Of a stretch of DNA of 40,820 nucleotides, positions 37,240 to 40,820 are shown one piece after another. The DNA is taken from positions 142,018 through 182,837 of the forward strand of contig JAQGGW010000001.1 of assembly GCA_028289135.1 (NCBI GenBank), written 5' to 3'. Numbering within the stretch: the first letter of the stretch is position 1; each line of letters opens with the position of its first letter. Source of the DNA: Candidatus Saccharimonadota bacterium (GTDB lineage Bacteria; Patescibacteriota; Saccharimonadia; Saccharimonadales; JACDBH01). The notes under the pieces were generated by a model that worked only from the letters and a program-made list of their open reading frames with translations, was not told the origin of the DNA and searched no databases. The position numbers and the translations under genes are program-made.

Positions 37240-37279
37240 ATTGTACTAAATTAACGATATTTTGTCAATATATCGTTAA
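37240..37279 (-). promoter_or_regulatory. fic promoter with a perfect 10-bp inverted repeat flanking the -35 box
   Basis: -35 TTGACA (37263..37268), 17 nt, -10 TACAAT (37240..37245), then 7 nt to ATG 37232. The IR is ttaacgatat 37251..37260 and atatcgttaa 37270..37279. Confidence 0.6.
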
Positions 37280-37297
37280 TATACTGAAGACATATAA

Positions 37298-37343
37298 AAG
37301 AAAAAGCCCTCCTTCCCTGAGAGCTTAATCAAAATATGGCACC
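37298..37343 (-). repeat. relic X1 resembling the 5S 3' terminus plus rrn terminator
   Basis: The minus strand reads GGTGCCATATT, 8 nt, a 7-bp hairpin AGCTCTC/GAGGGCT, then TTTTTCTTTT. This is the same layout as downstream of the real 5S at 40156..40197. Confidence 0.45.
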
Positions 37344-37344
37344 A

Positions 37345-37631
37345 CCGAGAACCAAGAGCAGGCCAATAATATTTTGAATACATTGCTTGAGAAACGCTTG
37401 GTGACCGGCGGTCAGTTTATCCATGCCCCTGCCCGCTTTTTCTGGAAAGGCAAAATCCAGGACATGGAAGACTTTGTGACCATCAACACCTACACCACCG
37501 ACAAACACAAGGAAGCCGTCATGGAAGACGTCCGCAAAACCTCGGCCGAAGAAGTCCCGATGATGACCTTCACCCTACCCGACGACGTTAACATTGAACT
37601 TCGCAACTACATCGACCAAACTTTGGCTTAA
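37345..37631 (+). pseudogene. 5'-truncated second cutA copy (in-frame stop at 37326; only a TTG at 37374 as possible start)
   Basis: Colinear with 34786..35072. An 80-nt block, 37389..37468, is identical to 34830..34909, and the flanks are diverged. Confidence 0.75.
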
Positions 37632-38201
37632 GGGCGCAGCTTGCGGAACAGGTGTTATCAGCTGATCAGTAACACCGAGCCAGTATTCTAGTGTGTTTGT
37701 TGGTGTTTCTCTAGCAATTCCTTGGTAGAGTAACCTTGTAGGGCTTACCTCGATGACTCTGACGGCAAAGTCACATATATCGACTGCCCTCTCTAACCAC
37801 TTGCCATCCAGTGTAATTTTTAAATCCTTAGCGGCAAGAGATTCTTGAATAGCACTTGTGACTTCAACCAGCTTAACAGCAGAGCCTACACTTGGGCCTC
37901 CTAAGCCATAACGCGGGCCTAAAGTTGCTTCTGCTACCTGGCTACTCAGCGACCAAGCATGTCGGTATAAATTCTCCAGCTCCGGATCGGCCTTGACTGC
38001 ACCGCTTAGCACTTGTCCGGCTTTGCGAACATAATAGTCTGGATCATGGCCTACTACTGGTCGGTCATAAGTACCTGGATGTCTTCGTGCTTCATGGTGT
38101 GAACCCGCACCGAACATTCGTGCAGCAGTGCTTAACTCACCCGCGTAACCAATGCTTAACTCCGCGTCCGTATTAGTAATTTCTAGTCTGCGAACTGTCA
38201 T
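37575..38201 (-). CDS. hypothetical protein (208 aa from ATG 38201)
   Basis: Leftward promoter of module M3 plus the conserved leader ATGATGAGTCATAAGGAG. Its last 19 codons are antisense to the cutA copy. Confidence 0.65.
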   Translation of the reverse strand: MTVRRLEITNTDAELSIGYAGELSTAARMFGAGSHHEARRHPGTYDRPVVGHDPDYYVRKAGQVLSGAVKADPELENLYRHAWSLSSQVAEATLGPRYGLGGPSVGSAVKLVEVTSAIQESLAAKDLKITLDGKWLERAVDICDFAVRVIEVSPTRLLYQGIARETPTNTLEYWLGVTDQLITPVPQAAPLSQSLVDVVAKFNVNVVG

Positions 38202-38330
38202 AAATGACTCCTTATGACTCATCATACCCCCACCCCTATAATTTTCAAACCACAAGCAATTTTCTTTTCCATCACCAACTACAGATACCGTTATTGCTTA
38301 TTTTTGTTAAATATGCTACAATATAATATT
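38202..38330. promoter_or_regulatory. control module M3 (left half conserved; right half replaced by a TTGCTT-N17-TACAAT promoter)
   Basis: Leftward promoter on the + strand: tttcaa 38243..38248 and atcata 38221..38226. Then aaccacaagcaattttctttt. Rightward: TTGCTT 38294..38299 and TACAAT 38317..38322, 8 nt before ATG 38331. Confidence 0.55.
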
Positions 38331-38930
38331 ATGGCTTTGTATGGCATCCCCAATATAGAAAAGTTTCAAGGCATGGAGCCCTTGCCTGGGTACCCAGATA
38401 TAAATGAGGTACTTGAGCTGCAGTATCCCGGATTAAAGGATATCTTTGACTCTTTTTATAGCGTCCTCAATGCTCAGCCCAACTGGCGTGACGAAATTAT
38501 GTTTGATCGTAATGAGTTTCCTTTTGAGGCAGCTATTGCTGTTCCGGACGAAAACGGACGCTTAATTACCCTTGCTATGGCTTCAAATAATACACGATCA
38601 TCCCGTGGGTCACTTGGACATGCTGAAACAGAGGCAATTTTTTATGGATTGAAGGGCGAAAAGCACTTGCCTAAAGGTGCGGTTCTGCTTTCAAGTGTTG
38701 AGCCCTGCGCTATGTGCGCTACTGGTTTTCATAATTCTGGCGGTGAAAAGGTAATATTCAGCGCATTTCAATCTGACATTCGCGGCAAATCAACATGGGT
38801 AGACGACATGAGCAAGCCGTTTAGATCAGAGCCAGAAAGCTACAGTGCCAAGGCTTTTCTTCTTGAGCGCAACCCCGCGGCAGTTGTTATTGGTGGGTAC
38901 CGCCGTCAAGACGCCCTTAGATACATGTAA
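38331..38930 (+). CDS. CDA-fold zinc deaminase (cytidine/deoxycytidylate/tRNA-adenosine deaminase superfamily)
   Basis: GHAETEAI and VEPCAMCATG (HAE...PCxxC), with an N-terminal extension of about 100 aa. Confidence 0.8.
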   Translation: MALYGIPNIEKFQGMEPLPGYPDINEVLELQYPGLKDIFDSFYSVLNAQPNWRDEIMFDRNEFPFEAAIAVPDENGRLITLAMASNNTRSSRGSLGHAETEAIFYGLKGEKHLPKGAVLLSSVEPCAMCATGFHNSGGEKVIFSAFQSDIRGKSTWVDDMSKPFRSEPESYSAKAFLLERNPAAVVIGGYRRQDALRYM

Positions 38931-38940
38931 TTTTAAACAG

Positions 38941-38991
38941 AAGAAAAAGCTCTCCTTCCCTACGGCTTAATCAAAATATGGCATTGTGCTA
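38941..38991 (-). repeat. relic X2 resembling the 5S 3' terminus plus a decayed terminator
   Basis: aatatggcattgtgcta matches the real aatatggcaccgtgcta (40187..40203) with 2 mismatches. The upstream part aligns with X1. Confidence 0.45.
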
Positions 38992-39003
38992 CATATACTG
39001 CTA

Positions 39004-39032
39004 TTGCTTATTTTAGTAAAATGTGCTAGAAT
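39004..39032 (+). promoter_or_regulatory. promoter (-35 TTGCTT, 17 nt, -10 TAGAAT), paralog of the 38294..38322 promoter
   Basis: tattgcttattttagtaaaatgtgctagaat aligns with tattgcttatttttgttaaatatgctacaat. Confidence 0.55.
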
Positions 39033-39041
39033 ATAACAATT

Positions 39042-39995
39042 GTGACAGAAACAAAAATGCAAATGACTCAAAAACCAGCTGAGCTACTCCAAGCCCAGAT
39101 AGGAATTTATTCAAATTCACTCCCTGACCTCGAAGGCACCTACCGTAAAAGTGAGCTTATTATTCGCAGTCTCGGAGAAGCTGCTGCAGGGTTGGCTGCT
39201 CCAGACTCCGCTACTTACTTAGCGAAGAATACAAAAAAGGGTTTTGATGATGACGATAATCACGTTACCCTGCAGCATATTGGCGACGAAATCCCTCTTT
39301 TTGATAAAAAAGAATACAATGCATCGATTACTAACACGGGAAACCGCGCTCTTGCACCTAACCTTGCTAAACTTATCACTGGCTACACTGAATATAAAGA
39401 CGAAATAACTAACAGCGGTATGCTGGGCCTTACTCTAGATGCCGCCAAACAGCACCCAAACTTTTTATCTTACGGCGGGTCAGAAATAGCTTTTAAATTT
39501 ACACATACAGAGCCGAATGGATCTACCAAAACCATGATTGCCCGCTATGGTCAGATGAAGGATTCAGAACACTCTGACACTGCTTTAAGTATTAATCTTA
39601 ATAAAGCAAACGGCCGGGCGATTACCTTTGCGGCCGGCGCAGGGATTGAAGGCCTTGAGCAAGGTGCGGCTGTTTCGTATGATCCACCCGTTGTTATTAG
39701 TGAGTTCGCAGAAGGCAAAAACCTTTATAACCTGTCGGCAGACGAACGAGCAGCTATCCCTGCGGAACACTGGGATAAACTTACGGCAGCCGTAAATAAA
39801 GCCTCTGCAGTAGGTATTTTACTTGATGTTAACAGCGACAACTTTATATATAACACTGATAATGGTTTTACAGTGTTGGATTACCGCATATCAAAAAGTT
39901 CAAAGTCAAAAGAAGAACTCGCAGAATCAAATAGAAAAGATATAGAAGAACTCAAAATGCGACTACTAAGCAGCGAAGTTTTTACTCAAAACTAA
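39042..39995 (+). CDS. hypothetical protein with a kinase-like catalytic-loop pattern (start GTG 39042 or ATG 39057)
   Basis: LLDVNSDNFIYN (D-x4-N) is followed by FTVLDYRI. This is a weak motif-level call. Confidence 0.55.
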   Translation: MTETKMQMTQKPAELLQAQIGIYSNSLPDLEGTYRKSELIIRSLGEAAAGLAAPDSATYLAKNTKKGFDDDDNHVTLQHIGDEIPLFDKKEYNASITNTGNRALAPNLAKLITGYTEYKDEITNSGMLGLTLDAAKQHPNFLSYGGSEIAFKFTHTEPNGSTKTMIARYGQMKDSEHSDTALSINLNKANGRAITFAAGAGIEGLEQGAAVSYDPPVVISEFAEGKNLYNLSADERAAIPAEHWDKLTAAVNKASAVGILLDVNSDNFIYNTDNGFTVLDYRISKSSKSKEELAESNRKDIEELKMRLLSSEVFTQN

Positions 39996-40126
39996 CCCGC
40001 TTTAAGATCTTCGCCCGTTTATTACAAAATTGCAGAAACAGCTCCGGCTCTGCCGGGCTTTTCTGCCTCCTTGGGCTAGGGGGAGCCAAGCCAGAGCAAT
40101 TCCGGCAAAGCCGGTTGCCCTGCGCG

Positions 40127-40180
40127 TTAGGAGGGGGTGTCCCCCTCCTAAAACAAAAGGACCCCTGTAAGGGGTCCTTT
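40127..40180 (-). terminator. two strong hairpins terminating the rRNA operon
   Basis: ttaggaggggg-tgt-ccccctcctaa at 40127..40151. aaaggacccct-gta-aggggtccttt at 40156..40180, followed on the minus strand by TTTTGTTTT. Confidence 0.75.
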
Positions 40181-40189
40181 ATGTATAAT

Positions 40190-40303
40190 ATGGCACCGTG
40201 CTATTTTCCCAGGCTTTGATTGGCCAAGTATAGTCACCGCTGAGAGGCTTAACTGCTGTGTTCGAGATGGGAACAGGTGTTTCCCTCACGCTATGGGCAC
40301 CAA
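40190..40303 (-). rRNA. rrf: 5S ribosomal RNA
   Basis: The minus strand reads TTGGTGCCCATAGCGTGAGGGAAACACCTGTTCCCATCTCGAACACAGCAGTTAAGCCTCTCAGCGGTGACTATACTTGG...GGGAAAATAGCACGGTGCCA, with canonical 5S loop motifs. Ends are approximate to a few nt. Confidence 0.9.
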
Positions 40304-40507
40304 TTTGCGAGCCCTTCCTTGGAAGTGGCGCGCGAATCGGTGTCCATATTGCGGAATGCCGTTTTAGATAAATCAATTGTAAATGTCGAATGTTGTTGGG
40401 GCCCCCGCCGAACCTGTTCGGTGGGGTTATCAACAATAACTAGTCAAACACTTCCTGCACCACCCTTTAACCTTAGGCAGTAAACTGCCGCAAGTTAAAG
40501 AGCATAA

Positions 40508-40820
<313 letters not shown>

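Noticed and set aside
34830-37468. cutA repeats as a DGR template/variable-repeat pair
   Set aside because: No reverse transcriptase is nearby. Substitutions between copies are of all types rather than adenine-specific, and the identical block lies in the middle of the gene.
31748-38270. Repeated ~25-nt block as a CRISPR array or integron attC series
   Set aside because: Spacing is irregular (about 0.3 to 2.6 kb) and filled with genes on both strands. The block has no attC-like imperfect inverted-repeat structure, and no cas or intI gene is present.
37336-40200. TGGCAC in X1, X2 and the 5S end as sigma-54 -24 elements
   Set aside because: No TTGC -12 element lies at the required spacing in any copy.
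40179-40483. ORFs 40179..40436 and 40277..40483
   Set aside because: They overlap the 5S rRNA gene and the 23S-5S spacer.

Overview
The window carries compact, mostly minus-strand housekeeping genes: nrdJ, nrdR, ftsZ, ftsA, map, adk, yqeY, rpsU, priA, def, fmt, infB and rpsA. It ends in the 3' part of an rRNA operon (23S 3' end plus 5S, minus strand). Short IF-2, many small orphan proteins and dense single-gene promoters suggest a reduced-genome Patescibacteria/CPR (Saccharibacteria-like) organism; this is inference only. Housekeeping blocks are interrupted by orphan genes. From about 23.8 kb onward the window is mostly accessory, including a histidine kinase, a class II Fic, a deaminase, VOC, CutA and many hypotheticals. 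No single known multi-gene system (CRISPR, RM, DGR, prophage) is visible. Five signals stand out. (1) The cutA 3' end is present three times and brackets cargo genes. (2) The priA 3' end is duplicated around an inserted orphan gene. (3) Relics of the 5S 3' terminus and its terminator delimit further cassettes next to the rRNA operon. (4) A conserved bidirectional promoter/operator module occurs about seven times between 31.7 and 38.3 kb, wiring unrelated genes to one control sequence. (5) Two related structured elements of about 105 nt lie downstream of rpsU and rpsA. Many genes look leaderless, with a -10 box 6-9 nt from the start codon. All functional calls come from motif reading of the translations; no searches were run.
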